From a bacterium (GTDB lineage: Bacteria; Desulfobacterota; Binatia; HRBIN30; CADEER01): a stretch of 64,000 nt of DNA. The position numbers and the translations under genes were made by a program. Below, one piece after another: positions 47,094-62,318 of the stretch; the stretch's first letter is position 1, and each line of letters starts with the position of its first letter. The notes under the pieces were generated by a model that was not told where the DNA came from, made no database searches, and saw nothing but the letters and a program-made list of their open reading frames with translations. The stretch spans positions 59,472-123,471 of the forward strand of contig JANNRA010000032.1 in the NCBI GenBank assembly GCA_031401035.1. The letters are read 5' to 3'.

Positions 47094-48274
47094 GCCGTCA
47101 GGGCTCCATCGAGAATGGCCAGCGCCTCGTCGATCTCCGCAGCGGAGATAATCAGCGGCGGGGTGATGCGCAGGACCGTATTGGCGGTGCAGTTGATGAT
47201 CAGACCGCGCGCCAGGCACCGCTCGACGATTGGGCCGCCGCGCTGGCTGAGTTCGGCGCCGACGAGCAGGCCGCGGCCGCGCACGGCGCGGACTATGGGA
47301 TGGCGCGTTGCCAGCGCCTGCAGCCCGGCGCGCAGGCGCTCCCCCATGGCCTGACAGTGGGCGAGCACGCCCTCTTCGCCGAGCACGTCGAGCACCGCCA
47401 ACGCCACCGCACAGGTCAGGGCGTTGCCGCCAAACGTGGAGCCGTGCGAGCCCGTATCGAGTACCCCGGCGATCGGCGCGGCGGCGAGCATGGCACCGAT
47501 CGGGACGCCGTTGCCGAGCCCCTTGGCGAGCGTCATGACATCGGGCGTGATGCCCATCTGCTCGTACGCGAACAAGGTACCGGTGCGGCCCATGCCGGTC
47601 TGAATCTCGTCGAAGATGAGCAGCAGGTCGTGCCGGTCGCAGAGGGCACGCAAGCCCTGGAAGTACTCCGGCGCCGGCGTGACGATGCCCCCTTCGCCCT
47701 GGATCGGCTCGACCATCACGGCGATCGTGCGCGGCGACAGGGTCGCCTCGAGCGCCGCCAGATCGTCGTAGGCAGCGTAGCGGAATCCCTGCTGCGCCGG
47801 CTCGAATCCGACCCGTATCTTCTCCTGGCCGGTGGCAGCGATGGTCGCCAGGGTGCGCCCGTGGAACGAGTTGAGCACGGTGATGATCTCGTAGCGGCCG
47901 CCGCCTTCACAATGGCCGTACTTGCGCGCCAGCTTGATCGCCGCCTCGTTTGCTTCGGCGCCGCTGTTGCAGAGGAAGACGCGGTCGCCGAAGGAGCGCT
48001 GCACCAGCCGTTCGGCGAGACGCGCCTGTGGCTCCGAATAGTGCAGGTTCGAGACGTGCAGGATCTGCCGCGCCTGCGTCTCGATGGCGCGGATGATCGC
48101 CGGGTGCTGGTGTCCGAGGTTGGTGACGACGGTGCTGGCGAAGCAGTCGAGATAGGCCCGTCCATCGGCATCCCAGACGCGCGCGCCCGCACCCCGCACG
48201 AGCGCCAGCGGCGCTCGTGCGTAGGTCGGAAACAGATAGCGATCGGCGAGGGCGATGATCTCGGCGCTGGTCAT
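47090..48274 (-). CDS. argD: Acetylornithine aminotransferase
   Basis: Class III aminotransferase: ...[14 protein letters not shown]... and LAKGLGNG (PLP-Lys). A 4-nt overlap with the argF start. Confidence 0.85.
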   Translation of the reverse strand: MTSAEIIALADRYLFPTYARAPLALVRGAGARVWDADGRAYLDCFASTVVTNLGHQHPAIIRAIETQARQILHVSNLHYSEPQARLAERLVQRSFGDRVFLCNSGAEANEAAIKLARKYGHCEGGGRYEIITVLNSFHGRTLATIAATGQEKIRVGFEPAQQGFRYAAYDDLAALEATLSPRTIAVMVEPIQGEGGIVTPAPEYFQGLRALCDRHDLLLIFDEIQTGMGRTGTLFAYEQMGITPDVMTLAKGLGNGVPIGAMLAAAPIAGVLDTGSHGSTFGGNALTCAVALAVLDVLGEEGVLAHCQAMGERLRAGLQALATRHPIVRAVRGRGLLVGAELSQRGGPIVERCLARGLIINCTANTVLRITPPLIISAAEIDEALAILDGALTA

Positions 48275-48275
48275 G

Positions 48276-49235
<960 letters not shown>

Positions 49236-50585
49236 TCAGAGAATATAGCGCGACAGGTCATCGTCCTTTACCACCGCGTCGAGTTTCGCCCGCACCTGCA
49301 GGGCATCGATCTCGACGCTGGAACCCGCCATCTCTGGCGCGTCGAACGATATCTGGTCAAGCAACCGTTCCATGACCGTGTGCAGGCGGCGGGCACCGAT
49401 GTTCTCGGTGCGTTCGTTGACCTGCGCGGCGACGTCGGCAATGGCGTCGATGCCATCCGCGGTGAAACTGAGCGTGACGCCCTCGGTCTGCATGAGGGCG
49501 ACGTACTGCTTGAGCAGGGCGTTGGCGGGTTCGGTGAGAATGCGGACGAAGTCCTCGCGCGTCAGCGGCTCGAGTTCGACCCGGATAGGGAAGCGCCCCT
49601 GGAACTCGGGCAGCAGGTCGGACGGTTTGCTGATGTGAAACGCCCCGGAGGCGATGAACAGGACGTGGTCGGTGCGCACCATGCCGTACTTGGTGCTCAC
49701 CGTGCTGCCTTCGACGATCGGCAGGAGGTCGCGCTGCACGCCTTCGCGCGAGACGTCCGGTCCGCCGACCCCCTGACGGCTGGCGATCTTGTCGATCTCG
49801 TCGATGAAGACGATGCCGGAGACCTCGACGCGGCGAATCGCCTCGCGGGCGACGGCCTCGCCATCGAGCAGCTTGCCGGCTTCTTCCTGGGTCAACTGCT
49901 CGAGCGCCTCGCGCACCGAGCAGCGCCGCGTCGACGCGCGGCCCGGGAAGAGATTCGCGAAGGCGTCCTTGAGCTGCGAAGCCATGTCCTCGAGGCCCTG
50001 CGGCGTCATGACCTCGAACATCGGCGTCGCCGGTCGAGTCGTTTCGAGATCGAGTTCGCGCGCGTCGAGCGCCCCCTCGCGCAACATGCGCCGCAACTTT
50101 TCGCGCGTACCGCCGTCGCCACTGCTCGCCGCGCCGGTCATGGGCTCGATGCGGCGGTCCCCGGTGGACGGGCTTGGCAGCAGGAGGTCGAGGACGCGCT
50201 CCTCGGCGCGCTCGCGGGCGTGCACCTGCACCTTGCTGGTCTCCTCCTCCCGCACCATGGCGATCGCCAGCTCGGCGAGGTCGCGGATCATCGACTCGAC
50301 GTCGCGGCCGACGTAGCCAACCTCCGTGAACTTCGAGGCCTCGACCTTCAGGAAGGGCGCCTGCGCCAGCTTGGCGAGGCGGCGCGAGATCTCGGTCTTC
50401 CCGACCCCGGTGGGGCCGATCATGATGATGTTCTTCGGCGCGATCTCGTCGCGCAGATCCTCCGCCACCTGCTGGCGGCGCCAACGATTGCGCAGGGCGA
50501 TGGCGACGGCGCGTTTGGCGTCGCGCTGACCGACGATGAAGCGGTCGAGCTCGGAGACGATCTCGCGCGGCGTCATCTGACTCAT
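49236..50585 (-). CDS. hslU: ATP-dependent protease ATPase subunit HslU
   Basis: [37 protein letters not shown]..., Walker [17 protein letters not shown], and an AAA+ C-terminal domain. Confidence 0.9.
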   Translation of the reverse strand: MSQMTPREIVSELDRFIVGQRDAKRAVAIALRNRWRRQQVAEDLRDEIAPKNIIMIGPTGVGKTEISRRLAKLAQAPFLKVEASKFTEVGYVGRDVESMIRDLAELAIAMVREEETSKVQVHARERAEERVLDLLLPSPSTGDRRIEPMTGAASSGDGGTREKLRRMLREGALDARELDLETTRPATPMFEVMTPQGLEDMASQLKDAFANLFPGRASTRRCSVREALEQLTQEEAGKLLDGEAVAREAIRRVEVSGIVFIDEIDKIASRQGVGGPDVSREGVQRDLLPIVEGSTVSTKYGMVRTDHVLFIASGAFHISKPSDLLPEFQGRFPIRVELEPLTREDFVRILTEPANALLKQYVALMQTEGVTLSFTADGIDAIADVAAQVNERTENIGARRLHTVMERLLDQISFDAPEMAGSSVEIDALQVRAKLDAVVKDDDLSRYIL

Positions 50586-51133
50586 GTCCCCGCCAGTTCC
50601 TCGACGATGATTTCCTCGTTCGTGTAGATGCACAACGACGCGGCGATCAGCATGGCTTCGCGCGCAATGGCCTGCGCCGGCAGCGCGCTGTGCTTGATCA
50701 GGGCCCGCGCCGCGGCCAGGGCGAAACTGCCGCCCGAGCCGATGGCCGTCACCGGCTCGTCGGGTTCGATGATGTCGCCACTGCCCGAGATGACCAGGAT
50801 GGCGTCGGCGCTGGCGGCGATGAGCAACGCCTCGAGTCGGCGCAGGACGCGGTCGCTGCGCCAGTCCTTGGCGAGTTCGACCGCCGCCCGCGTCAGGTTG
50901 CCCTGATGCTGATCGAGCTTGACCTCGAACTTATCGAAGAGCGTGAAGGCGTCGGCGCTCGCTCCGGCGAACCCGGCCAGGACCCGACCGGCATGCAGGC
51001 GGCGCACCTTGCGGGCGCCGCGCTTCATGACCGCCTGCCCGAGCGTGACCTGGCCGTCGCCGGCCATGACCACGCGGCCTTGGTGGCGCAGCGCGAGAAT
51101 GGTGGTGCTGCGGATGCCCGACGAAGTCGCCAT
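50582..51133 (-). CDS. hslV: ATP-dependent protease subunit HslV
   Basis: ...[21 protein letters not shown]... (N-terminal Thr nucleophile after processing); 183 aa. A 4-nt overlap with the hslU start. Confidence 0.9.
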   Translation of the reverse strand: MATSSGIRSTTILALRHQGRVVMAGDGQVTLGQAVMKRGARKVRRLHAGRVLAGFAGASADAFTLFDKFEVKLDQHQGNLTRAAVELAKDWRSDRVLRRLEALLIAASADAILVISGSGDIIEPDEPVTAIGSGGSFALAAARALIKHSALPAQAIAREAMLIAASLCIYTNEEIIVEELAGT

Positions 51134-51155
51134 GCGTTCCCGGAGACCGCCGCGA

Positions 51156-52067
51156 TCAGGCGCGCGGGTGCGCCTTGTCGTAAGCGACCATCAGCTGGTC
51201 GAGGTCGACGTGCGTGTAGCGTTGCGTGGTCGAGAGGCTGGCGTGGCCCAGCATCTCCTGGATGGACCGCAGGTCGGCGCCAGCCCCGAGCAGGTGGGTG
51301 GCGAAGCTGTGGCGCAGGGCGTGCGGGCTGATCTTCGCGGCCAGGCCGCCGCGCAAGGTGCTGACGTCGACCAGGCGTGCCACCGAGCGCACCGTCAGTC
51401 GGCCGCCGCGCTGGTTGAGGAACACGGCGTCAGCGGCGCCCACGCCATGGCGGCACAGTTGCGGCACCGCGGCGCGGTAGGCATGCAGCGCCTGTACCGC
51501 CGCGTCGCCGATCGGCACCAGGCGTTCCTTGCCTCCCTTGCCGCGCACGCGCACGACGGCGAGCCCCTCGTCGAGGTCGCTCCAGTCGAGGCCGACGAGC
51601 TCGCTGACGCGCAGGCCGCAGGAGTACGTGACCTCGAGCAGGGCGCGATCGCGCAAGCCGACTGGCGTGTCATCGGCCGGCGTCGCGAGCAGGCGGAACA
51701 TCTCATCGACCGACAGGTGCGCCGGCAGGATCTTGTCCTGCCGCGGCGCCTGGATGCCGGCGCAGGGGTCGAGCACGAGCACGCCCCGCTGCAGCAGGTG
51801 GCGCGCGAACCGCTTCACGGCCGAGAGCTTGCGCGCCACCGAGCTGCGCTGCGCGGCCTTCAGACGCTCGACCAGATAGGCGCGCACCGCGTCGCGATCG
51901 AAGGCGGAGCAGGGCACGGCTTCTGGCGCCTGGGCGGTGCGTGCGGCAATCGAGACCACCAACTGTCCCAGGTCGGCGGCGTAGGCGCGGGCGGTGTTGG
52001 GCGAGACGTTCTCCTCCACCGTCAGGGTGCGGAGAAAATCATCGAGCGCCGCCTGCAGGATCGTCAT
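51156..52067 (-). CDS. xerC: Tyrosine recombinase XerC/XerD family
   Basis: ...[18 protein letters not shown]..., ...[39 protein letters not shown] (R..HxxR..Y). It is upstream of hslVU as in the codV-clpQ-clpY arrangement. Confidence 0.85.
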   Translation of the reverse strand: MTILQAALDDFLRTLTVEENVSPNTARAYAADLGQLVVSIAARTAQAPEAVPCSAFDRDAVRAYLVERLKAAQRSSVARKLSAVKRFARHLLQRGVLVLDPCAGIQAPRQDKILPAHLSVDEMFRLLATPADDTPVGLRDRALLEVTYSCGLRVSELVGLDWSDLDEGLAVVRVRGKGGKERLVPIGDAAVQALHAYRAAVPQLCRHGVGAADAVFLNQRGGRLTVRSVARLVDVSTLRGGLAAKISPHALRHSFATHLLGAGADLRSIQEMLGHASLSTTQRYTHVDLDQLMVAYDKAHPRA

Positions 52068-52118
52068 CGCCTCTCGTCCTCGCTCGCGCGCGCCCGTTTT
52101 GCCGGCACGGCGAACGAC

Positions 52119-52457
52119 ATGGTAACAACCGATCCGCGGCGGAACAAGGAAGGCATGGCCAGGGAGAACGGACAGTGTTGGCGCTGCGGCGTCGCCATCG
52201 ACATCGTCAAGCGGATCGGCCGGCGCGACGCCTGCGCGGGCTGCGGCGCCGATCTGCGCTGCTGCCGGAACTGCCGCTTCCACGCACCGGGCCTGTCCAA
52301 CGACTGCCAGGAGCCGCAGGCGGAGCGGCAAGTCGACCGCGAGCGCGGCACTTTCTGTGAGTACTTCGCGGCCGCCGCGCACCGTGCGGCGCCTGGCGTC
52401 GCGGCGGCGGCGACACGCGCCGAGCTGGACGCGCTGTTCGGCAAGCGGCGCGGGTAG
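52119..52457 (+). CDS. Hypothetical Cys-rich protein (putative zinc ribbon), about 112 aa
   Basis: CWRCG...CAGCG...CCRNCRF...C; it is the only coding-like part of the long 50919..52457 ORF. An alternative start is at 52155. Confidence 0.4.
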   Translation: MVTTDPRRNKEGMARENGQCWRCGVAIDIVKRIGRRDACAGCGADLRCCRNCRFHAPGLSNDCQEPQAERQVDRERGTFCEYFAAAAHRAAPGVAAAATRAELDALFGKRRG

Positions 52458-52467
52458 TGGAGGGGCG

Positions 52468-52872
52468 ATGCAGGGCGTGCCGGTGAGCGAAGGCCTGTTG
52501 ACGCTGGAGGCGGGCGGGTCCCTGCTGGCGGCGCGCTGTGTGGCATGCGCGCGTTGGCACTTCCCGGCCACCCTGGACTGCCCCTACTGCTGCGCGGACG
52601 GCTGCCAGACGGGCGCCGTCAGCGGCGTCGCAACCCTCTGGCTCTACACCGAGGTGCGCACCCGGCCGCCGGGCTACGAAGGGGAAGTGCCGTTCGGGTT
52701 CGGCGTTGTCGAGCTGGCGGAGGGACTGCGCATCGTCACTCGCCTCACGCAGGGCGATTCCGCGCTGCTGCGGGCGGGCATGGCGATGCGCTTCGTCGTC
52801 GCGCTCCTCCACGTCGACAGCGAGGGCCGTCAGGTGCTCACCTACGCCTTCGCCCCGGCGGAGGCGCGGTGA
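52468..52872 (+). CDS. DUF35-type Zn-ribbon/OB-fold protein (thiolase-associated)
   Basis: CVACARWHFPATLDCPYCC (rubredoxin-like zinc ribbon) followed by an OB-fold, about 135 aa. It immediately precedes and overlaps a thiolase-like gene. Confidence 0.7.
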   Translation: MQGVPVSEGLLTLEAGGSLLAARCVACARWHFPATLDCPYCCADGCQTGAVSGVATLWLYTEVRTRPPGYEGEVPFGFGVVELAEGLRIVTRLTQGDSALLRAGMAMRFVVALLHVDSEGRQVLTYAFAPAEAR

Positions 52873-54011
52873 GCGCCGTGGTTGAGATCGCCGGCGTCGG
52901 TATGCACGCCTTCGGCCGCTTCGACGGGCTGACCGTAACCCAGCTCGGTGTCGCGGCGGTGAAGCAGGCACTGAGTGCTGCCGAGGTGCCGCGGGGCGGG
53001 TTCCAGGCGGCATTCTGCGGCACCGTGTACAGCGGCGTCGCGGCGGGCCACAAGGTGCTGACCGCGCTCGGCCTGAGCGGCATGCCGATCATCAATGTCG
53101 AGGCGGGCTGCGCGAGTGGGGGAGCGGCGCTCGGGCTTGGCGTCGAGGCGATCCGCTCCGGACGCTGCGATACCGTTCTCGTCTTCGGCATCGAGAAGAT
53201 GCCGAAGGGCATCATCCGCTCCTCGTTCTTCGAACCGTGGCGCGAACAGGCCGGCCTGGCGGTGACGCCGGCGTACTTCGCCCTGCGTGCGCAACGCCTG
53301 ATGCGCGACTCGGACGTGACGCGCGAGCAGTTGGCGGCGGTGTCGGTGAAGAATCATGGCAACGGCGTCGCCAACCCGCATGCCATGTTCCGCAAACCGT
53401 TCACGCTCGCACAGGTGCTGGCCTCGCCTGTCGTCTGCGAGCCGCTGACGCTGTTTATGCTGTGCTCGCCGAACGAGGGCGCGGCGGCGGTGGTGCTGCG
53501 CCGGGTGACGGGGGACCGGGCCGGCCGCGTCGTCGTGCGCGCCGCAACGCTGCGCTCGCATCTGCCCGGAAGCGTTCTCGGCGAGCACACGCCGATGAGC
53601 GGCCTGCTCGATGACGACCTGCCGTCGCCGACCGAGCTGGCGGCGCGGGCAGCGTACGAGGAGGCGGGAGTCGGGCCCGAAGACCTGCATGTGGTCGAGT
53701 TGCAGGACACCGATTCCGGCCGCGAGCTGCTGTCGTGCGAGGAACTCGGGCTGTGCGCCAAGGGCGGCGCCGGACGACTTGTGGCGGAGCGCCGCAGCGA
53801 AATGGGCGGGCCGCTGCCGGTCAATCCGAGCGGCGGCCTGCTCTCGAAGGGCGAGCCGCTCGGCGCCTCGGCGCTCGGACAGATCGTCGAGTTGTACTGG
53901 CAGCTGCGTGGCGAAGCCGGGGCGCGGCAGGTGCCCGGGGCGCGGCTGGGGCTCGGACACACGGTTGGACGCGGCGCGAACGCCTCGGTGGTGATCGTGG
54001 AACGTCGCTGA
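52869..54011 (+). CDS. Thiolase-like protein (SCP-x / nonspecific lipid-transfer-type thiolase)
   Basis: The GTG start overlaps the DUF35 stop (GTGA). ...NVEAGCASGGAAL... (active-site Cys) and ...PVNPSGGLLSKGEPLGASALGQ... are present. Confidence 0.8.
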   Translation: MSAVVEIAGVGMHAFGRFDGLTVTQLGVAAVKQALSAAEVPRGGFQAAFCGTVYSGVAAGHKVLTALGLSGMPIINVEAGCASGGAALGLGVEAIRSGRCDTVLVFGIEKMPKGIIRSSFFEPWREQAGLAVTPAYFALRAQRLMRDSDVTREQLAAVSVKNHGNGVANPHAMFRKPFTLAQVLASPVVCEPLTLFMLCSPNEGAAAVVLRRVTGDRAGRVVVRAATLRSHLPGSVLGEHTPMSGLLDDDLPSPTELAARAAYEEAGVGPEDLHVVELQDTDSGRELLSCEELGLCAKGGAGRLVAERRSEMGGPLPVNPSGGLLSKGEPLGASALGQIVELYWQLRGEAGARQVPGARLGLGHTVGRGANASVVIVERR

Positions 54012-54023
54012 TCAGCTGCTGCC

Positions 54024-54818
54024 TCAGCGACCGCGAAACACCGGCGTGCGTTTCTCCAGAACGGCCCGGATGCCCTCCTTGGCGTCCTCGGTCTGGAACG
54101 TCGCCTTCTGTTGCGTCGACTCCAGGTCGAGGGCATCGGCCAGGGAGTGTTCGAGGCCGCGGTAGAGGGCGCGCTTCACCATACGCACGGCGACCGGCGC
54201 CGCGGTGGCGAGCTGCTCGGTCAGCGCCTCGACCGCGCCGGGCAGGGCTTCACGCGGCACGACCTCGTTGAGCAGCCCGAGGAGTTCGGCCTCTTCGGCA
54301 TCGATGACGCGGCCGGTGAAGAGCAGGTCGCAGGCGCGCGCGGCGCCGATCAGACGCGGCAGCAGGTAGGTGGCGCCCATGCCCGGATGAATGCCGAGGC
54401 GGGTGAAGGTCATGCCCATCTTCGCATCCGACGCCGCGATTCGCAGATCGCAGGCGAGCGCGAAGCACAGCCCGGCGCCGATGGCGTGGCCGTTGATCGC
54501 CGCCAACGTCGGGATGGGCAACGTCGCCACCGACAGGAAGCGTTTGTAGAACTCGCGCGGGGGTCCGCCCATGCCGGGCGCGGCGTCACTCAGGCCGGCG
54601 TCCGCGGCCAGCATGCCGAGGTCGCCGCCGGCGCTGAAAGACTTGCCCTCGCCGGTGACGACGAGGACGCGAATGTCAGCGTCGGCGCGCACCGCCTCGA
54701 CGGCCTGCTGCACTTCTTCGCCCATCGCTGGGGACATCGCGTTGCGGGTGTCTGGGCGGTTCAGCTTCAGCGTCGCGACGTGCCCGTCGCGCAGGAGTTG
54801 GATGTGTTCGTACGCCAT
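54024..54818 (-). CDS. Enoyl-CoA hydratase/isomerase (crotonase family)
   Basis: ...VVTGEGKSFSAGGDL... and ...AAINGHAIGAGLCFALACDLRIA... are crotonase signatures. Start at MAYEHIQLL. Confidence 0.85.
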   Translation of the reverse strand: MAYEHIQLLRDGHVATLKLNRPDTRNAMSPAMGEEVQQAVEAVRADADIRVLVVTGEGKSFSAGGDLGMLAADAGLSDAAPGMGGPPREFYKRFLSVATLPIPTLAAINGHAIGAGLCFALACDLRIAASDAKMGMTFTRLGIHPGMGATYLLPRLIGAARACDLLFTGRVIDAEEAELLGLLNEVVPREALPGAVEALTEQLATAAPVAVRMVKRALYRGLEHSLADALDLESTQQKATFQTEDAKEGIRAVLEKRTPVFRGR

Positions 54819-54883
54819 GCGCGCATGCCTACTCGGGTGCCGATGGCGAGACAACTCGGCGGCGTCGGCGGACGGCTTGATGA

Positions 54884-55888
<1,005 letters not shown>

Positions 55889-55917
55889 GCGGCGGTCGGG
55901 AGAGAGGGGCAGGCGAC

Positions 55918-57081
<1,164 letters not shown>

Positions 57082-57289
57082 TCGCAGGCCTGTGGAGTAC
57101 CTGTTGAGTTCCCCGCACGGGAAGGCCCGGATCTAAGACTCGACGCCCACCCCCGCCTACGGGAGCCTGGCCACACTCCACAATACCCAAGGATTATCTG
57201 GGGCATGCAGGCTCAATGTCGACCGGATCGAGGCTTCGCGCAAAACAGCGCGTTATGGCGGGGACATTCGGCCCCTGTGGATAACGCCC

Positions 57290-58201
57290 CTAGAAATCGT
57301 GCTCGACGATCGTTTCGGTACCGCTTGAGAAGTCCATGCGGTCGCCGTCGATGTACAGTTCGGAGCGGACGCGCGCCTTCGGCTGCCCCTCCGGGCTCTG
57401 GCCGGGATTGACGGTCGCTACCGCCGCGTAGACGTCCTGCGGCCTCTCCCAGAAGAACGTCGCGGGAGTGCGGCAGTCTTCTTGGAATGGCGGCAGCTGG
57501 CATCTGGTGAGGGTGGAGGCGACGATGTCGCCGGTGGTCGCGAAGAAGCCGATGCTGGCATCTAGCGGCAGCGGCGGATGCGGATGCTTGCACGTCTCCC
57601 CTTCAGGGCAATTGCTGTCCGTCGTGCAGGTGTCCTCCGTCGAGAACGAACACTTTCCCTCCGCCCCACAGCCGATGCTCAGATCCTGCTCGCCGGTAGG
57701 CGTGCGCGGGGAACAAACTTCGACCTGCACCTGCGGGCCGCGAACGTCGCACGGGAACCTTCCGGGCGCCGACTTGCAAGGTGTCGTTGCGGGTGGCGCC
57801 GACTGAATCGTCGCGCAGGCGCCGGGTTTGATGAGGCCGGCGTCGCCGCCGCCGACGACCTGGACGATGCCGAGAAACATGTCGACCGCGATCGGGAGTT
57901 CTGAGGTGTTGCGGATCACGGCGCGAATCGGTTGGCGGGCGTTCTCGAGCACGAACAGGTGCGGCGTCTGAAAGACGCGATCGCCAAACTGGTGGTCCAG
58001 GTTGAAGCCCTGGATGCCGGTGCCATCGCTGTCGCAGTTGGCGTCTGGCGCGGCGACGAACTCGAAGGTCAGATTGGGTCCGCCGGAGACGAAGTAGAGT
58101 ACTTCGATCGGCCGCGCCTCGGCTCCATCGCCGCTGGTACCGCAGGCAGCGGCTGTGAGTAGGAGGGCGGAAAGGAGTGACGCAGACCAGCGGCGGTTCA
58201 T
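57290..58201 (-). CDS. Hypothetical Cys-rich secreted lipoprotein
   Basis: MNRRWSASLLSALLLTAAACGTS (lipobox), with more than 14 Cys in the mature part (…CDVRGPQVQVEVC…CGAEGKCSFSTEDTCTTDSNCPEGETC…). No family was recognised. Confidence 0.5.
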   Translation of the reverse strand: MNRRWSASLLSALLLTAAACGTSGDGAEARPIEVLYFVSGGPNLTFEFVAAPDANCDSDGTGIQGFNLDHQFGDRVFQTPHLFVLENARQPIRAVIRNTSELPIAVDMFLGIVQVVGGGDAGLIKPGACATIQSAPPATTPCKSAPGRFPCDVRGPQVQVEVCSPRTPTGEQDLSIGCGAEGKCSFSTEDTCTTDSNCPEGETCKHPHPPLPLDASIGFFATTGDIVASTLTRCQLPPFQEDCRTPATFFWERPQDVYAAVATVNPGQSPEGQPKARVRSELYIDGDRMDFSSGTETIVEHDF

Positions 58202-58286
58202 CTGCGAATCTCTGGCAGCAAGATCCGTCCAGTGCAAGGAAACGAGCCGGCGTTCCCAGCCGCCCGCCGGCTCGCTACAATGCCGT

Positions 58287-58655
58287 ATGGATCGTGAACG
58301 CTTCCGCGCCCTGGTCGTCGCGGCGCTCGATGAGATTCCGGAGCCGTTCCGCGCCTATCTCGCCGACGTGGAGGTCGTGATCGAGGATGAACCGGACGAC
58401 GACGTCCTGCGCGACATGGGGCTTGATCCGCGTCGCGATACAATCTTCGGCCTCTACGAGGGGGTGCCGGTGAACGAGCGCGGTCTCGACGAGGGGCTGC
58501 GGCTGCCCGATCGCATTGCCATCTACTACCGGCCGCTGGTGCGCGAGTTTCGCACCCCGGGGGCGATCCGGCGTGAGATCCGCAAGACCATCATTCACGA
58601 GGTCGGCCATGTGTTCGGTCTCGACGACGACGAGATCGAGGCGGAGGGGTACTGA
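58287..58655 (+). CDS. Small zincin-like metallopeptidase-family protein (HEXXH; DUF1025-like)
   Basis: The 122-aa acidic protein ends ...IRKTIIHEVGHVFGLDDDEIEAEGY (HExxH). It is cytoplasmic (no signal peptide). Confidence 0.55.
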   Translation: MDRERFRALVVAALDEIPEPFRAYLADVEVVIEDEPDDDVLRDMGLDPRRDTIFGLYEGVPVNERGLDEGLRLPDRIAIYYRPLVREFRTPGAIRREIRKTIIHEVGHVFGLDDDEIEAEGY

Positions 58656-58656
58656 C

Positions 58657-59310
58657 GTGGTCGCAGATCAGGGGGTTCCGTTACAACGCGCAACGCTCGA
58701 CCTCGGTGGTACGTTGGTGCCGTTGTGGCGCGCCTCATCCCTGGAGCGATTCGTCGATGCCGACTCTCTGCTGAGCGCCGGGGCGGCGCCCGAACCGCCA
58801 TACTGGATGCATCTCTGGCCCGGGGCCGTGGCGCTGGCGCGCATGGTCCTCGCCGACGCCAGCGTCGCGGCCGCGTCACGCGTGCTCGAACTCGGCGCCG
58901 GCCTCGGGTTGCCGGCGCTGGTAGCGGCGCGGCGCGGCGCGCAGGTCGTCGCCACCGATTGGCAGCGCGCGCCCTTGCGGGTGCTGGGCCGCAGCCTGGT
59001 TGAGAACGGCGTCGCCGCGGCCTGCGTGCAGATGGACTGGGCCCAGCCGGCCCTGTGCGGCGGATTCGATCTCTGCCTGGGCGCCGACGTTGCCTACGAT
59101 CGTACCGCCGAAGAGCCGTTGGTGGCGGCGCTGGCGTGCCTGCTGCGTCCGGGCGGACGCGCCTGGCTGGCGGACTCGGTGAACACCGCACGCACCAGCC
59201 TGGGTGAGAAGCTCGCGGCGCGCGGTTTCAGCGTGGCGAGCCGCGAGGTGCGTGAAGACGAGGAGGGTAGGGTAGTGTGGGTGCGGGTGATCGAGGCGAA
59301 ACTCGCATGA
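58657..59310 (+). CDS. Class I SAM-dependent methyltransferase (Methyltransf_16 / protein-lysine MTase-like)
   Basis: The GTG is 1 nt after the upstream stop. ...WPGAVALARMVLAD...VLELGAGLGLPALVAARRGAQVVATDWQ... is motif I of the FAM86/METTL21-like family. Confidence 0.6.
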   Translation: MVADQGVPLQRATLDLGGTLVPLWRASSLERFVDADSLLSAGAAPEPPYWMHLWPGAVALARMVLADASVAAASRVLELGAGLGLPALVAARRGAQVVATDWQRAPLRVLGRSLVENGVAAACVQMDWAQPALCGGFDLCLGADVAYDRTAEEPLVAALACLLRPGGRAWLADSVNTARTSLGEKLAARGFSVASREVREDEEGRVVWVRVIEAKLA

Positions 59311-60034
59311 GTATTGTGGTGTTCGATGTCGAGACCCGCGTCGACAAGGCGCTGGTGCGGGCGACGCAGTATCCCGGCGAGCGGATCGGCGACGACGAGG
59401 CCTACGAGCGTATGCGTGAGCAGCTGCGGCACGAGTCGGACGGGCGCAGCGATTTCTTCCCGCTCGGCTTTCATGTCCCCATCTCCATCGCGGTGGTGCA
59501 TGCGGGCGACGACCTCGCGTTGCGCAGTATCGAGGTGCTCGGCGCCGACCGCCTCGGCGAGGAGGGTCTGGTGCGGGAATTCTGGAGCCGCCTCGAAGGC
59601 TTCGATGGTCAGCTGGTGTCGTACAACGGGCGCGGCTTCGATCTGCCGGTGCTCGAGCTGCGCGCCCTGCACCACGGACTGTCGGCGCCGCGCTACTTCG
59701 GCGGCGAGCGCAACGGACTCCGACAGCGCTTCGGGCGGCATCTCGACCTCTTCGACTGGTTCGGCAACCACGGTGCGGTCCGGCTGCGCGGCGGCCTCGA
59801 CCTGATCGCCAAGCTGGCCGGATTGAGCGGCAAGTCCGATGTCTCCGGCGCCGACGTGCAGCGCCTGTGGGAGCGCGGAGTCTGGGACACCATCCATCGC
59901 TACTGTTTGGACGACGCCGTGCAGACCTACTTCGTCCTGCTCCGCGTCGAGCAGCTGCGCGGCCGCCTCACTAGCGATGCCGCGGCGGCGAGCGCCGCCG
60001 CGGCGCGCGCCTGGCTCGCCGCCCGCGAGACGAC

Positions 60035-60038
<4 letters not shown>
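59307..60038 (+). CDS. Predicted 3'-5' exonuclease, RNase H-like fold related to the PolB exonuclease domain
   Basis: [13 protein letters not shown]... (Exo I D-x-E), ...[13 protein letters not shown]... (Exo II), ...[10 protein letters not shown] (Exo III Y-x3-D). ATGA overlap with the upstream gene. Confidence 0.6.
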
Positions 60039-62137
<2,099 letters not shown>

Positions 62138-62318
62138 CCGGCCGCCGGCGGCGCGATCCCGACAAATGAATTGACTTCTCCATCGCCGTCCCTGTTAAAG
62201 AAGGGGGGCGGCATACTGGTCGGGCCTGGGTTCGGACGCTATGATCCGCCGGGTGAGATGGGTCGGGGGTTCCGGGCGGACGGGCAATGGCCGCGCGGAA
62301 CGGAACGGGGGACGCGAC

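Noticed and set aside
51156-52067. XerC-family tyrosine recombinase as evidence of an integrated mobile element.
   Set aside because: It is full-length with a housekeeping-type sequence and sits in the conserved xerC-hslV-hslU arrangement. No att-like direct repeats, phage genes or IS genes flank it.
50919-52118. A long plus-strand ORF (512 aa) spanning hslV/xerC antisense.
   Set aside because: Only the last approximately 112 codons are not antisense to xerC/hslV and look coding. The rest was rejected as an artefact.
62138-62318. Promoter call (TTGACT-17-GTTAAA, or TATGAT at about 62245) upstream of the secreted repeat protein gene.
   Set aside because: The -10 matches are weak and there are alternative placements. 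It is too uncertain to list as a feature without TSS data.
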